From Eledone cirrhosa (Eukaryota): a DNA stretch of 64,000 bases. Location: the NCBI GenBank assembly GCA_964016885.1, contig OZ024746.1:97154001-97218000 (forward strand), in the 5' to 3' direction. Position 1 is the first letter of the stretch. Every line of letters begins with the position of its first letter. The position numbers were made by a program, and so were the translations under genes. Positions 50,312-64,000 of the stretch are shown here, piece after piece. A model generated the notes under the pieces. It did no database searches, had not been told where the DNA came from, and saw nothing but the letters and a program-made list of their open reading frames with translations.

Positions 50312-51086
50312 ATGTTCTCTCTTTCTCTTAATTTCGGGTATATTTTTGACCGGCCACCTTCCTGGTGGCAAGGTTGTAAAAGAAAAGAAATTGTCATCCG
50401 TTGCATCGCAAGAATGTTTTGCAAATTTTGAAGGTACCAGCTATCGCAGCCATTTGTAGACTATGAATTAGGGAGCTGTGCTCTTTGTCCACAAATCCAA
50501 GTTCAGTCATACTTTGGTCCAAGCGGGTTGGTATATAACCTGCAGCTCCAATAATGATGGGTATGAAGCTGAAGGTGTATCTTGGATACTGGATTTGTAA
50601 ACTCCTCATCAATGGTCCGTAGATGTCCTCCTTCTCCTGTATTTTTCTGACAACGTTTACATCAAGTGGGCAGCTGATCTCCACAACAGAACACGTTTTC
50701 AATGTGTGGTCCCAAACAACAATATCAGGCCGGTTGTGCTTTAATTTGGTGGTAGTTTTTATTTTCAGGTTCCACCAGTATTCCTTAGTGCCATCTGTCT
50801 CAATATATTCTTCCTCATTTGTTTTTAATTTTGTTTTCCGAAGTGCGTTCCAGATGGTTCTAGCTATCCCATCGTGTCTCATGGGGAGGTAGTAGCGAGA
50901 TGACATTCTTTCGCAGCTGGCAACAATGTGGCTTACATCCTCGATCTTTGTTTTACATAGCCTACATTTATTGTCAGCTGATGGCCCTCCCCTTTTGTGC
51001 AGCAGATATTTGGTAGGGAGTTCTTGTTCCTGTATTGCATAGAGATATCCCTCAAGGTGTGATGTCATAAACTTGTCGGAACTCCA
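50312..51086 (-). mobile_element. 5'-truncated R4/Dong-like LINE
   Basis: EGYLYAIQEQELPTK..CRLCKTKIEDVSHIVASC (CCHC)..RHD..RPDIVV..EISCP. (TATG)n on both sides. Confidence 0.92.
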
Positions 51087-51451
51087 TGTATGTATGTATG
51101 TATGTATGTATGTATGTATGTATGTATGTATGTATGTACGTATGTATGTATGTACGTATTTTATGTATGTATGTACGTATGTATGCATGAATGTGTGTGT
51201 GTGTATGTAAGGCATGTGTGCATGTAATGGAGGCTTTCTATATTTGGTTTGTGAAAATAAAAATTAATATATTTATAATACATTACAGACTATCACCCCC
51301 CCCATTTCTCAACTACATGATTGAAAGTTCAATCTCTCTGTGTGGCACCTTGAGCAAGCGTTTCAACCATAGTTTTTTTTTTTTATCAATATCCTGTGAG
51401 CATATGCTAGTAAATATCATGCATTTTATACGATGACCCTGAAGGTGAATA

Positions 51452-51748
51452 GTGCTGTGGTTATGGTATTTGGCTCACGATTGTAATATCATGAGTTCAA
51501 TTCCTGGAGGCTCATTGTGTCCTTGAACAAGATACTTTATTTCATGTTGCTCCAGTTCACTCAGCTGGTAAAAATGAGTTCTACCTGTAATTCAATGGAG
51601 CCAGCCTTGTCACATTCTGTGTCATGCTGAATCTCCCTGAGAACTACATTAATGGTATGCATGTCTGTGGAATGCTTAGACACCTGCACATTAATTTCAC
51701 AAGCAGGTAGTTCTGTTGATCATATAAACTGGAACACTCCTCGTCATT
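51452..51748 (+). mobile_element. tRNA-derived SINE with a further alternative tail
   Basis: gagttcaattcc B-box and gtgtccttgaacaagatactttatttcatg core. The tail is also seen at about 6200-6330. Confidence 0.65.
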
Positions 51749-51800
51749 ACTGGCGGAGTGCCATAGAAGATGAGAGAGAGGTGGGGGTGAAAGGGAGAGA

Positions 51801-51839
<39 letters not shown>

Positions 51840-52188
51840 GATATGATGATCTCTTCCAAGTGAAAGGAGAAAGCTTATTTGTATGGTGAGAGTTGGTCAT
51901 AAAAAAATACTTGGGTGGTATTTATTCTGCCTGAGTTAAGATGCTGATACTATTCTTATGATATCGATGACATAAGTACCAGACAACTTACTGGGGTTAA
52001 AATAATCAAATAAAACCCTTCAAACTCGTAACTTTGCATAAATACAGTCCAAATACTGAAACCAGTAGAAGAACCACAAAGTAGATGTTAATTTGGACTT
52101 ACAAGAAGACTGAAAAACATAAATTTGTATCCTCTTTCTTGCGATTAAATAAATATCTGAAGAAATAGAGGTGTCTAAGTTATAATGT

Positions 52189-52412
52189 TTAATCCTTTAG
52201 CATTTAAACCAGTCATATCCAGCCAGAACTCTCTCACCTCTTACTGTTCAAATCAGTCACTCATACTGCTGTTAAGGTATTGTTCTTAAAATATAAATTA
52301 ACACCATCAAAATCTCGTAGATTCGATATTATGTGAGATAATATGTGAGGTAAAGCCTTTACCATGAAAATACAATTGTAAATATAGAGTAACGTAAATG
52401 GTAAAGGGTTAA
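52189..52412 (+). mobile_element. piggyBac-type MITE
   Basis: TTAA flanks; same TIRs and body as 39671-39899. Confidence 0.85.
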
Positions 52413-52633
52413 AGGAAGGAAAAATAGTTATTTCCCAACATAAAACTCAGTATAAAATACTTAATAAAATATATGTACAGTATATTGTGCAATATACTGT
52501 ATGTTTAATTAAAAACATTTTGAAGACCATTTGCTATGAGCTTTAAAGTAGAGACTATGTCACTTACTTCGATTGCCAAATATACTATACATACATTCAT
52601 GTTTACATCGCTATTTCAGAGCACCAATACTAA

Positions 52634-53276
52634 TCTATATATATATATAAAACTGAGGATGTCTGTCTGTGTGTCTGTGGGTTTGAATCCCTAAAACTCG
52701 AGAAGTACCCAACTGATTTCTTTCAAACTTTACATGTGTATTACTTATGTTTCAGGGAGTATTTTGCACATATAAAATTCAACTTTTTGATCCCCTAGGG
52801 GCCCCCATTAGATGAAAAACTGCGTTTTTTCATTTTTTTAGGGTTTTTTTGAGGCATTACGTCAAACCGATTTCCTTGAAATTGTAACTATGTATTAGTC
52901 AGTCTCTTCTTCATACCCCGAGCAAAGAAAATCCAACTTTTTTATGGCCTAGGGCCCGCATTAGGTGAAAAACTTCATTTTTTCAGCTTTTTAGGGTTTT
53001 TTTGAGGCGTTATGTCTAACTGATTTTCTCAAAATTTCAAGGCATATTATGAATATAAAAAATATTAATTTTCTTGATCCTCTAGGGCTCGCATTAGGTG
53101 AAAACCTGCATTTTCCTGCTTCATCGAGGAAAATCTTAAAGATTATCCAGCCATCAGAATATTCAGTTTATTTTCTTTACATATTGTCCAGACATGCAGT
53201 TTTTCCACGATTAGGTCTGTTGGCGGACCGCGTTCCAAAATACCTTATCCCATGGAACGCCAGGTACCACTGCTAG
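52634..53276 (+). mobile_element. Non-autonomous Helitron
   Basis: Starts A|TCTATATATA..AAAA followed by GT-rich motifs. Internal subrepeats (ctagggccc.cattag.tgaaaa x3). Ends with a degenerate GC-rich hairpin then CTAG. Confidence 0.7.
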
Positions 53277-54109
53277 AACTTAATAATATACTTAACCAGT
53301 GGATTGAGTAGATAAAGATTAATGAAAAAAAATTCTATGTGCAACAATTGGTTTCATAAAGGATACTAATCAATAATTATATATCAGTTTTTGATGCTTA
53401 CAGATGTTTGACAGATCATTAAATTTTGAGGCTAGACAATTCCATTTTTCCCATGGATTGTACAGCATGATCTCCTTCTTAAGACTAACAAATTTACAGA
53501 ATATATAAAGTGCATTTCATCGAGGCACTACCACTGCCACTTTGCAGAGTTTACTGGGTGTGTTTGATTCTGGTATAAACACAAATGAGCTTACCTAGAT
53601 TGCTGGGAGATTAATCAGGTATTCATTCAAGGCATGTGACTAGGAATTGAAATATAGTTGTAGTTTGAGGATATTTTTTTAATTATCCTGCTAACAATTC
53701 GTCACTAATTGCACACACACATGATTTCTGTTCTTGGAGGTAAATAACACCATCAAAATCTTGTAGATTTGATATTAAAACAGCAAAATGCTGTCAATGA
53801 TGGCATTTTGCTGTTTTAACAAATTTTCTTGCATTGAGTTTTCCTCATTATTCTATGAATATATATATATATTAGAAAGTGAGGTTTTTTTTACAAAATG
53901 AAAAATAACCAAGGTGTCCTACACGAGTGAAAGTATAAAGAAAAAAGATGAAATCGAAAATGCAACTGGAGTCTTATTTTAAAAAATATATATATATTTA
54001 TTTGGTTCCTTTACCGGTTTCGCAGTTCTTCTGGTTTTCAAAAGTAGAGTTGAGATGGAGGGTCTAAATTATATATAATTCAAAATGTTAACAAATGAAA
54101 AATATTCTC

Positions 54110-54325
54110 ATAATCAAAATATATATTTTATTATAGATATTTCAAAGGTACTATGGTGTTTAAGTACGTTTTCATCAGACAAAGTATATGATTTTGATAT
54201 GTGACATACCGCTACAGTTTTGATTATTCAATTCCAGTATTGGCACTGTTGAGTGCTTCTAATCTATTGTAATATTGTATTGGTTGAGTAATCAATGAAC
54301 CATACTAATCTTTGGTTATATGCAT
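54110..54325. mobile_element. Family A element, copy 3, with hammerhead motif on minus strand 54126-54184
   Basis: TTTGT-CTGATGA-AAA-C-GTACT-TAAACACCAT-AGTAC-C-TTT-GAAA-TATCTATA-ATAAA. Shares gtgacatacc and tgttgagtgcttc motifs with copies 1 and 2. Confidence 0.6.
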
Positions 54326-55374
54326 GATATATATATATATATCATGCATTTTGTGAACTATAGCATTTATAGAAAGGGTTTTTAAAAGGTTTCCAATAGG
54401 TCACTGAGTGATTCAATGTAATTCAAATGATGTCTCTTTGAAGATCATGTCTATACAATACACGTAGAAAATATACCAATGTCAATATATTTGAGTTTGT
54501 CAGTAAATTTTCTGCTGATATGTATATCTTTAGCTGAGTTTTCATTTTGTAAAGATGACAAAGTTTGAAGTTTGATATTTTATAATTAATTTTAGCAGCT
54601 TGTTTATTTTGTAAGCCATAGGTATAATGCTTATTTTTTTCATTATAATTTCATTGCTAGATAGTAACTACAAAGGTCAGAAATGTTTCATAGTGCTTCA
54701 TAACATTTCGTGCATGTTTTTAACAATTATGTATGAGCTTGTGTGTCTGAAAAGGAGAAATCCTATTTATCATATAAATACATTAGCTTGTTCAATATTC
54801 TTTCTTTTCATATTATTTTTACATTTTCATCTGTACTATTTTCTCTTTGTTTCTTAATCAATAACATTATCCTGACATTCAGCTCTTGATTTCAGTCTGC
54901 ACCCAGATTTGCATTCTAACTGCTAGTAAGGCCTCATGCAAACAGTGTTCAGACAAAGTTTGCTGTTCAATATTCAAATAAAGTCTTGCCTATATAATTG
55001 CCTATCAAAGCAAGCAATATAAATATGAAGAAGAAGCCATATGTGATAAACATGTCAGTTATCAAAGTTTATTCAGTGCCTATGTATGAATTAAATTATA
55101 GCTTACATAAAGCTAACTGTCAACATTATGAAACAATAATAGGTACGATTACCTATGAATATCTGGAAATAAGTATATGCAAATAATATTCCATTTTAGG
55201 AAATCAAAGTAATTTCTGTAGGCTTATCAGCACTATGAAAAGTACCAGCTTATATGTCAACAGAAACTATTTATCTTATACATTTGTGAGTTTTAAAATC
55301 TGCGAAGCTGTGAATAGCCATTGAATTATGTATGGCTCCAAGAAGCACAGTTATCAAATAAGTGAGAAATGCAG

Positions 55375-55683
55375 CAGGGATGGATCTAAACCTTGAGGGG
55401 GAAGAGACTTCAGGTTTAGAGGGGGAGGGGGGGGGCTCATATACAAAAACTTATCATACACAGCAAACCCCACCAATTTTACATATCAAAGTTAGCTTGC
55501 TGCAAGTAATTGGAATTGAAAAGTTATACATACAGGTATTAAATTCAAAACTTCTAACGACCTAAAACTAAAAAGCCCAGCTGAGGGCACAAATAAATTG
55601 CTACTGCCATTGCTGGTGCCCCTCCCCACTGCAGGGGGCCCCAGGGAAATTGCCCAATATGTCTCCCATTAAATCCAGCCCTG
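55375..55683. mobile_element. hAT-type MITE
   Basis: TIRs CAGGGATGGATCTAA / TTAAATCCAGCCCTG with an 8-bp TSD aaatgcag/agatgcag. Confidence 0.8.
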
Positions 55684-56405
55684 AGATGCAGTGTATTGAC
55701 CGAATTGTTGGAGTATCAGACAAAATGCCTTTTGATATTTAGTTATGGCCCTTTATGATCTGACATCAAATTCTACTCAGGTCAACTTTGTCTTTCATTT
55801 TTCCAAGGTCAATAAAATACAGTATTAGTCAAATAACACTGGGGTCAATTTAATTAACTTATATATATTAACTTCTTATATTATCCCCCAAAATATGTGA
55901 TCTTGTGCCAGTGTGATAAATCAATAAGTGAAAGCCAAAGATCATAATGTAAATTGACATCTAGCACCAATTTTTGTTTCTAATAGAAGATAATTCCTTT
56001 CTCAAATGCTATTAAAGCTCTCATGAAAGGTGTAAACATCACTCATTTTCATTCCCCTACAGTATAAAATAGAAAATCAATAATAAACCAATTAAAATGA
56101 TGAAAGATGAATTCATTATGATTGCTAAGTGTGTCAGAAGTCATCTGAACTGTAATTGCTGTTAAGGTATAAAGTGTACCAAAACATTCTGTGTAGATGT
56201 CTATAGGAAGCATTTTTACAATTTGAGCCTAGATGATATTAATACAGATTAAGCTGAAAACGTCTTTGAATAGTGCCTTCTTTCCTTTTATCCATTCCAA
56301 GTATCAGTATTTCAACATATATTTTATATAACTTTCATAATTATAATATTATAATATTTATAGAGATACATCAATTTAAAATATGCTTTTCTGATATGTG
56401 AAAGT

Positions 56406-56641
56406 TTAACCCTTTAGCATTTAAACTGGTCATATCCAGCTAGAATTCTTTCAACTCTTTCTGTTCAAACCAGCCATAACCAGCCACTCATACTTATGTT
56501 AAGGTATTGTTCTCAAAATAAGTAATATCAAAATCTCATAGATTCGATATTATGTGAGATAATTATGAAAGGTAAAGCCAATAGTAAAATATAGAAAATA
56601 CAACAGTAAATGTAGAGTAATGTAAATGCTAAAGTGTTTAA
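56406..56641 (+). mobile_element. piggyBac-type MITE
   Basis: TTAACCCTTTAGCATTTA..TAAATGCTAAAGTGTTTAA. Confidence 0.8.
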
Positions 56642-56866
56642 ACTTAGAGTATTTAAAATATTTTATAATTAATTACTATCACATTTATTTTCAGTTTTGT
56701 ACATTAATGTTTCATGACCATATTTTAAATGAAATACATGGTCTAAATGTTTCAATTTATTTCTGAAAATAATCAAGAATTTTGAGAAATTTTGTAAAAT
56801 GATTAATTTTGTCATTATTAAACTGATGTTTGTAATATATCTTAAAAGTAGGTTCTCTTATAAAAT

Positions 56867-57053
56867 AATTGTTTCTACTTTAGGCACAAGGCCAGCAATA
56901 TACAGTGCATTACTGGTACTTTATTTTATCGACCCCGTAAGGATGAAAGGCAAAGTTAACCTCGGCGGGATTTGAACTCAGATCGTAAAGGGACGTAACT
57001 ATGCTGGAAAGCATGGCGTCCGACCCTCCACCGATACTGCCAATCCACCGCCC
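56867..57053 (-). mobile_element. Full-length Nin-type SINE
   Basis: Same family as 19599-19790. Confidence 0.85.
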
Positions 57054-57825
57054 TCTTACTATTTAGACTTAATAAAATTATATATATACAATCAAATTTT
57101 TGCTTAATGCATTTAATTGCTGACGGTCGTGTCTTCATATATATATATATATAACAAAGATACCAGGTGGACCATAATGCACCAGAGTACTCAATACTTA
57201 GGGATCTAGCTTATAAAATAATGATGGAAGATTTTAATTTAAGTATGAATACTTTTAAAATGGACAGCTTTGTATCATAGAACTAGAAGAAAATTTCAGA
57301 TGGGGTGGATTGAAAGGGTTAATGAATAAAAAGCAAATCAATATTAGTACAAGCCAGATTGTGAAAAATCGTCTGTCTGTAATAAATATCTTAGCTGCCA
57401 AGTATAAACACATTAACATAATCTAGTGAGAAAAATGTGCCAAATTTGCTGTTGGGGAACTTAGTTATGAAATTCAGAAATAGATTTTTTTGTGATAGAT
57501 ACTAAAAGTTCAGTAATATTTTTATAGGTAAATGGTATATGTAAGATGGTCATGTAAAACAGTCAGAAATAGCCATGTTAGTAAAGCAAATAGCTAAACA
57601 CACAGCACCAAAATGTCATGTTACTAAACATATTCTTCTTTTTCTTATAATTTCTTTGAAGTTTGCTGCATAGTGGTCATACAGCAGGACAGCACCCCCC
57701 CCCCCACCTTTCCAAACAGCTCTTTGTATTTTCACTGAAGTCTGCAAGATCTTTTGAGCTATATGGGTTGGGTAGCAGAGAGCAGACAAAGGCAAATTGG
57801 TTCATAGATTTGTTTGCCTCTTCAA

Positions 57826-57867
<42 letters not shown>

Positions 57868-57870
<3 letters not shown>

Positions 57871-58355
57871 GGTACTCAGTAACATATATATATACTATAT
57901 ATATATATATATATATAGATATATTTGGCGGTACTCAGTAACAGAGAAGACCCGCCTTACCTAAATATATAGTAAAACCTACTCCAGCCAGTAGGCATCT
58001 CTAACAAATACACCCCGTCCCACCACCCCCACCCGATCCACACCACCCCGTTCTATGTAAAGTTATGTTGGTGCCGCGCCATCGAGGCCGAAACAAATGA
58101 GATCGTGTAGGTGTCACGACAAAAAAACACACAGTCCACGCTGTAATGTGGCCGTGTAGGCAACACGGTAAAAACCTCCCAGACCCACACTGTAAATGTG
58201 GTTGGTGTTAGGAAGGGCATCCAACTGTAGAAAACCTGCCAGACAGTCCTATGCGAGCAAGACAATCACTCTTGCCTCAAGTGGGACTACCCCCGTCCAA
58301 ACCCATGCAAGCGTGGAACACGGACGTTAAACGTTGATGATGATGATGATGATGA
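57868..58355 (+). mobile_element. RTE LINE extreme 3' end (WRYSV.EKTRLT*, 3'UTR, tail)
   Basis: Homologous to 59990-60535, with an (ATG)n tail. Confidence 0.8.
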
Positions 58356-58386
<31 letters not shown>

Positions 58387-58427
58387 GTATATTATATATA
58401 ACACACACATATATCATATATATATAT

Positions 58428-58532
58428 AGGAAAAGAGTCAGGACACTGAGGGCTGAGCTCTGGCTATTTCAACAGCTAGATCCCTAAGTATTGAGTACTC
58501 TGGTGCATTATGGTCCACCTGGTATCTTTGTT
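58428..58532 (+). mobile_element. Internally deleted family B element
   Basis: aggaaaagagtcaggac..cagctagatcc joined directly to ctaagtattgagtactctggtgc. Confidence 0.7.
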
Positions 58533-58994
58533 ATATATATATATATGAAGAAACGACTGTCAGCAATTAAATGCATTAAGCAAAAATTTGATTGTATATA
58601 TATATATAATTTTATTAAGTCTAAATAGTAAGTCTGGTTACTCTGGAGTTTCACCAATTTATCACAGAGTCATATGAATACACACACATACATAGAGTTC
58701 ATATAACATTTTTCTACCTCTCCACACAGCTCTTTACATTTTCAATGAAGTCTGCAAGATCTTTTGATCCCTATGGGTTAGATAGCAGAGAACAGACAAG
58801 GGTGAATTTCTCCATAGTATAGTTTAGTTTACTTCTCCACATTCACAGAAGATTACATATTACAAAAGAAAGAGAAATATCTATTACACAGCCTTTCACT
58901 CCTTTGACACAGAACAATATGGTTTCAGAGTCACAAACATATGCAACACACAAACAAGTCTGAACATAAAGGAAATACAATATAGCAGAGGAAG

Positions 58995-59245
58995 TATGCA
59001 GGAGAGAAGACTGCATTGGTATGGTCATGTGATCTGCATAGATGAAGACCACTGGGTGAAGAAGTGCCAAGTAATCCCAGTGGAAGAAAGATGCAGTAGA
59101 GGAAGACCACGGAAAACATGGGCGGAGGTGGTGAGAGCTGACCTCAGATCGCTGAAGCTCACAGAGGAGATAACGAAGGACTGTGATGAATGGAGAGATG
59201 TTGTGCTTCAGAGGACCCATCCCACTCTTAAAATGGTGATGATAC
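58995..59245 (+). mobile_element. RTE LINE 3' end
   Basis: QERRLHWYGHV..RGRPRKTWAEVVRADLRSLKL. Confidence 0.85.
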
Positions 59246-59797
59246 TTTAATTATAGACACATTTTCCCACAAAGCTGTGACTAAGTAAATTGTATGAAAC
59301 TCAGAAAGTTCTGGAATAATCAGTTTATAATATGCTACTGATTGTTCAACACCTTTCTTGATTTACATGTTTGTAGTATAATTATGATGAAATTTTCAAA
59401 TAGTTGGGCATGTGTCAGCAGACACCTAAAGAAAAGACTGCTAATTAGAACTGATTATAATTAATCTAACAATAAATTATTTCACAAAATCCAAATTAGA
59501 CATGAGAAAAAGCCCTACAAAGTAACTACCTCTTTCAGTATTCCTATTTTGCTGTCTTCCAGGATAATGCAGTCGTCCTTTTGAAATATATACATGACAT
59601 GCTGTGATTGCCTTCGCTTTTTACACAAGAAATTTTCTAATTATCTATCTACCTATCTATACTTTCTGTCTCTCTTTATATGTATATATATATATATACA
59701 CCCATATGTGGTTGACAGCTGAGAGAAAAGAGTATCAATTCTGAATATTATATTTATTTTATTACTCCAGAGCAACAAGACTCACTATTCATATTTG

Positions 59798-59842
<45 letters not shown>

Positions 59843-59844
<2 letters not shown>

Positions 59845-60535
59845 GCAATAAAGATAGACGGTATTGCAGGGCAATAAAGATAGACGGTAGCCACGGAGTA
59901 GGCAGACCCAGAAAAACATGGGACGAGCTGATAAATTCCGACCTCACACGCTTACACCTCTCCAAGACAATGTCACTGGACCGAGACCTTTGGCGGTACT
60001 CAGTAATAGAGAAGACCCGCCTTACCTAAATACAAAGTAAAAACCTACTACAGTCAGTAGGCACCTCTATCAAAACACACCCCCGTCCCACCACCTCCAC
60101 CCCACCCACACCGCCCCTTTCAATGTAAAGTTATGTTGGTCCCACAACATCGAGGCCGAAACAAATGAGATCGTGTAGGTGTCACGACAAAAAACACACA
60201 GTCCACGCTGTAAATGTGGCCGTGTAGGCAACACGGTAAAAACCTCCCAGGCCCACACTGTAAATGTGGTTGGTGTTAGGAAGGGCATCCAGCTGGAGAA
60301 AACCCGCCAGACAGTCCACGCTGTAATGTGGCCGTGTAGGCAACACGGTAAAAACCTCCCAGCCCCACACTGTAAATGTGGTTGGTGTTAGGAAGGGCAT
60401 CCAACTGTAGAAAACCTGCCAGACAGTCCTATGCGAGCAAGACAATCACTCTTGCCTCAAGTGGGACTACCCCCGTCCAAACCCATGCAAGCGTGGAACA
60501 CGGACGCTAAACCTGATGATGATGATGATGATGAT
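59843..60535 (+). mobile_element. RTE LINE 3' end with an internally duplicated 3'UTR
   Basis: GVGRPRKTWDELINSDLTRL..WRYSVIEKTRLT. A ~115-nt UTR segment is duplicated (about 60198-60311 and 60312-60428). Confidence 0.85.
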
Positions 60536-60809
60536 ATAATTCGTTTTTGAATTTGTTTTGCAAGATTGGCTGCATGACCATCCCAAAACAATATATATAT
60601 GTAAAGAGTGAGAAAGAGAGGGGGAGGGAGGGGAAGAGAGAGTGAGATATTCCAGGTGAAGCAATTGTTTAACTAAAGAATAAATTGAATGTAAATATGA
60701 GGAGAAAAGTGAGAAGTTTGAGAATATTAATATAAAACTTATGGGAGAGCATGGAAGATACAATATGGTATTATGAGGATGCTGTCAGTTAAAGCCATCA
60801 GAGTGAAAT

Positions 60810-61064
60810 TTAACCACTTATCATTTACATTACTCTATATATATAAGGCTTTACCTTATATAATTATCTCACATACTATCGAATTTATGAGATTTAGATG
60901 TTATTTATTTTGAGAACAATACCTTAATGTAGGTATGAATGGCCAGTTACAACCGGTTTGAACAGATAGAGGTAAGAGAATTCTGGCTGGATCAGGCTGG
61001 TTTAAACAGAAAAAGGTGAGAGAATTCTGGCCAGATAGAGCCAGTTTAAATGCTAAAGGGTTAA
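60810..61064 (-). mobile_element. piggyBac-type MITE
   Basis: Reverse-oriented copy with TTAA at both ends. Confidence 0.8.
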
Positions 61065-62085
61065 AACCACATTTTATATAACACAGTAAAAGAACATGGA
61101 AGATACAATATGGTATTATGTGAATGCTGTCAGTTAAAGCCATCAGAGTGAAATTTAAGATGTATAAGTTTATCAAATAATAACAGAAAGACCTCATTAG
61201 TAACAACTGACAAATTCAATAGATAGAAGAGTTATGAATATTGCATATAAAATGTATTCAATATATTAAAAGTATTTTTACACTGAATATATGTTTGTAA
61301 ATATTTGAATACACCCCAACATTTGGATATATATTTGAATATATTTGGGGACATATTTAAATATATATATACAAAGATCTCAGTATGTAAATATGAATAT
61401 CCATAGTGAAGGAAATAATTGATGTGATGCCTAAATAAATAAAGAACAGTACGTTTGCAAAGCTAATAAAGCATCCTGACATTTAATTTGTATAACTGGA
61501 TGTATAGGAAAGATGTGTTATTCATATCAGTGAAGTATTGCAGACAAATATAAACTTAAATGGCAAAGCATTATTGGTTATATTTCCCACCTAAGAAAAA
61601 AAAAGTAGAGATTATAAATATAACACCAGCAGATAAGGCTCTTTTGCTACCTAACTACCTAGAAACATCTCTGAATTTATGATGAAAAACTGTTTGTTTT
61701 AAAGTGTTAATATTTAAAGTTAAACTTTCCATTATAACTTTATATAAGATCCTTTTCTAAGTTGTGTTCCAAACACGAACTTAATACCAAGGTAGTTAGT
61801 TATTTTATTAAGTCCCTTCAAATAGCTGAAAATATGTAAGGATTTAGTAAGATAACTTTGTCATTTTTAAGCTAGTGATTGAAACATGATAAAATTTTGT
61901 TATATAATATTATAAAAGAGAGATCTTTAGATGAATACAATCACTTTAAAACAAATAGCTTTGTATTCATAAAATCAAGAAGAATTTCTGGCAGTTTGGT
62001 ATAAAAAGGTTTAAATACACATTTTGTTATATCTTGATCAGTATTGGTGCAATGAATTATGTAGTAAATCACTTTGAATGAAGAT

Positions 62086-62558
62086 TAGCTTCAATCTATG
62101 TACCTAGTAACAGTAGGTACCTCAATAGTACCATAGCTTCAATCTATGTACCTAGTAACAGTAGGTACCTCAATAGTACCATAGCTTCAATCTATGTACC
62201 TAGTAACAGTAGGTACCTCAATAGTACCATAGCTTCAATCTATGTACCTAGTAACAGTAGGTACCTCAATAGTACCATAGGTTCAATCTATGTACCTAGT
62301 AACAGTAGGTACCTCAATAGTACCATAGCTTCAATCTATGTACCTAGTAACAGTAGGTACCTCAATATAACAATAGCTTCAATCTATGTACCTAGTAACA
62401 ATAGGTACCTCAATAGTACCATAGCTTCAATCTATGTACCTAGTAACAGTAGGTACCTCAATAGTACCATAGCTTGTACCTATGTACCTAGTAACAGCAG
62501 GTACCTCAATAGTACCATAGGTTCTACCTATATACCTAGTAACAGCAGGTACCTCAAT
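62086..62558. repeat. 48-bp tandem repeat with internal hairpin, ~10 copies
   Basis: tagcttcaatctatGTACCTAgtaacagTAGGTACctcaatagtacca with period 48. Confidence 0.95.
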
Positions 62559-63225
62559 ACCTTGCTTTTAATTTTAAAGTGTTTAGATATAGAAAGCAAG
62601 ATAGATAACAGATGGCTGGTCAAAACAAATAATGATTTCTAAGTTAAGCACAAGGCAAGCAAATTAGTGGGAGGGAAACGTTGGTTAAATCAATCATAGT
62701 ACTTGGCAGGGGCTTTATTTTATCGACACAAGGAATTTGAAAGGGAAAGTTGACCTTGGTGGGATTTGAACTCAAAATGTAAAATGATGGAAACAAATAA
62801 TACAAAAGAATATCAGGAAAAACAGCTAAATACATACTTATATGCATACATAAAATATGGCTATTTTATCTAAAATTGCAGGGATAGAATATCTGTAATA
62901 TAAAGATATATAAATTATATCTCTCCCTAACTTTATGTTCTCATTCATACCCATAATTATGTGTGAATAAAGCTGGCATGAACAGAAGAATATATTTATT
63001 TTCTTTGTTGTTTTACACACTCCATAACAATATGCAGAATATTATACAATAAGAGAAATATATATACTTTGCTGATAACAGTTGCTTCAATAAGCACTGC
63101 TTTCTTCTCAGACTTTAACTCTTGTTATATAAAAAGATTTTATATTGTTCAGCAGTGATTCTTAATTTATGAAGCTATATGTTTAACTATTCCTACTTGG
63201 TCATACATGTATATCATCATCATCA

Positions 63226-63432
<207 letters not shown>

Positions 63433-63925
63433 AATAAACATACTCATAAACCAATATATAAATATATAACCATATTCATGAGAGAGTCTCTATATGACAG
63501 TCTGAATATATAGCCATATAGGAAAACTATATAAGATTTTGTATATATAACCATACTTAATGAAGGAGTTAGTATGTGGCTGCTCAATTCACTAGAAATA
63601 GTAGTCAAATCTCTTAAATCACATCCTAACACGTTAGGAAACGACAGGAGCTGATCATCAGATAAAACAAAGGAAACAATGTTTCCATTGGTCTTTCCAT
63701 TGCTGATAGTATCTGCTGGTTGCAATTGCTGGCTGGAGGAGGAGGAGGAGGCAGGATTTCAACTCAGAATGAACAAAGCTGGATCTGATAAAGCAAAACA
63801 TCCCATTCCATACTTTAAAAATTCCCCCACCCCACACCCAGGACTAGTTCTATATTTATCAACCATGAAAGTATGAAAGACAAAATTAACTCAGAGTTCA
63901 GTTTACCAGAACAAATACTGAGGTA

Positions 63926-64000
63926 TTTAACCATTTAGCATTCACATTACTCTATATATACTATTATATTTTCATGGTAAAGGCTTTACCTCGCATAATT
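63926..64000 (-). mobile_element. piggyBac-type MITE cut by the window edge
   Basis: ttaaccatttagcattcacattactctatata..ggtaaaggctttacctc matches the MITE end. Confidence 0.7.

Overview
AT-rich, repeat-saturated animal DNA, intronic or intergenic. The SINE/LINE complement, (TA)n/(CATA)n/(ATG)n microsatellites and RTE tails suggest a coleoid cephalopod such as Octopus; this is an inference, not something the sequence proves. I found no convincing host protein-coding gene. The long ORFs are either retrotransposon fragments or artefacts of tandem repeats. The window holds many 5'-truncated RTE-clade LINEs, two of which keep a PHD-like finger next to the RT domain. It also holds three R4/Dong-like REL-endonuclease LINE fragments in (CATA)n, a CRE-like remnant, two tRNA-derived SINE groups, piggyBac-, hAT- and pogo-type MITEs, a non-autonomous Helitron and five minisatellite arrays. 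The main unannotated signal is a set of type I hammerhead-ribozyme motifs (CUGANGA...GAAA...NUH): six complete-looking cores plus several degenerate or half cores. Most sit in short non-coding, (TA)n-flanked, often fold-back elements that resemble Penelope pLTRs or retrozymes. One family shows stem II covariation across three loci. All structures and coordinates were read by eye and need computational and biochemical confirmation.
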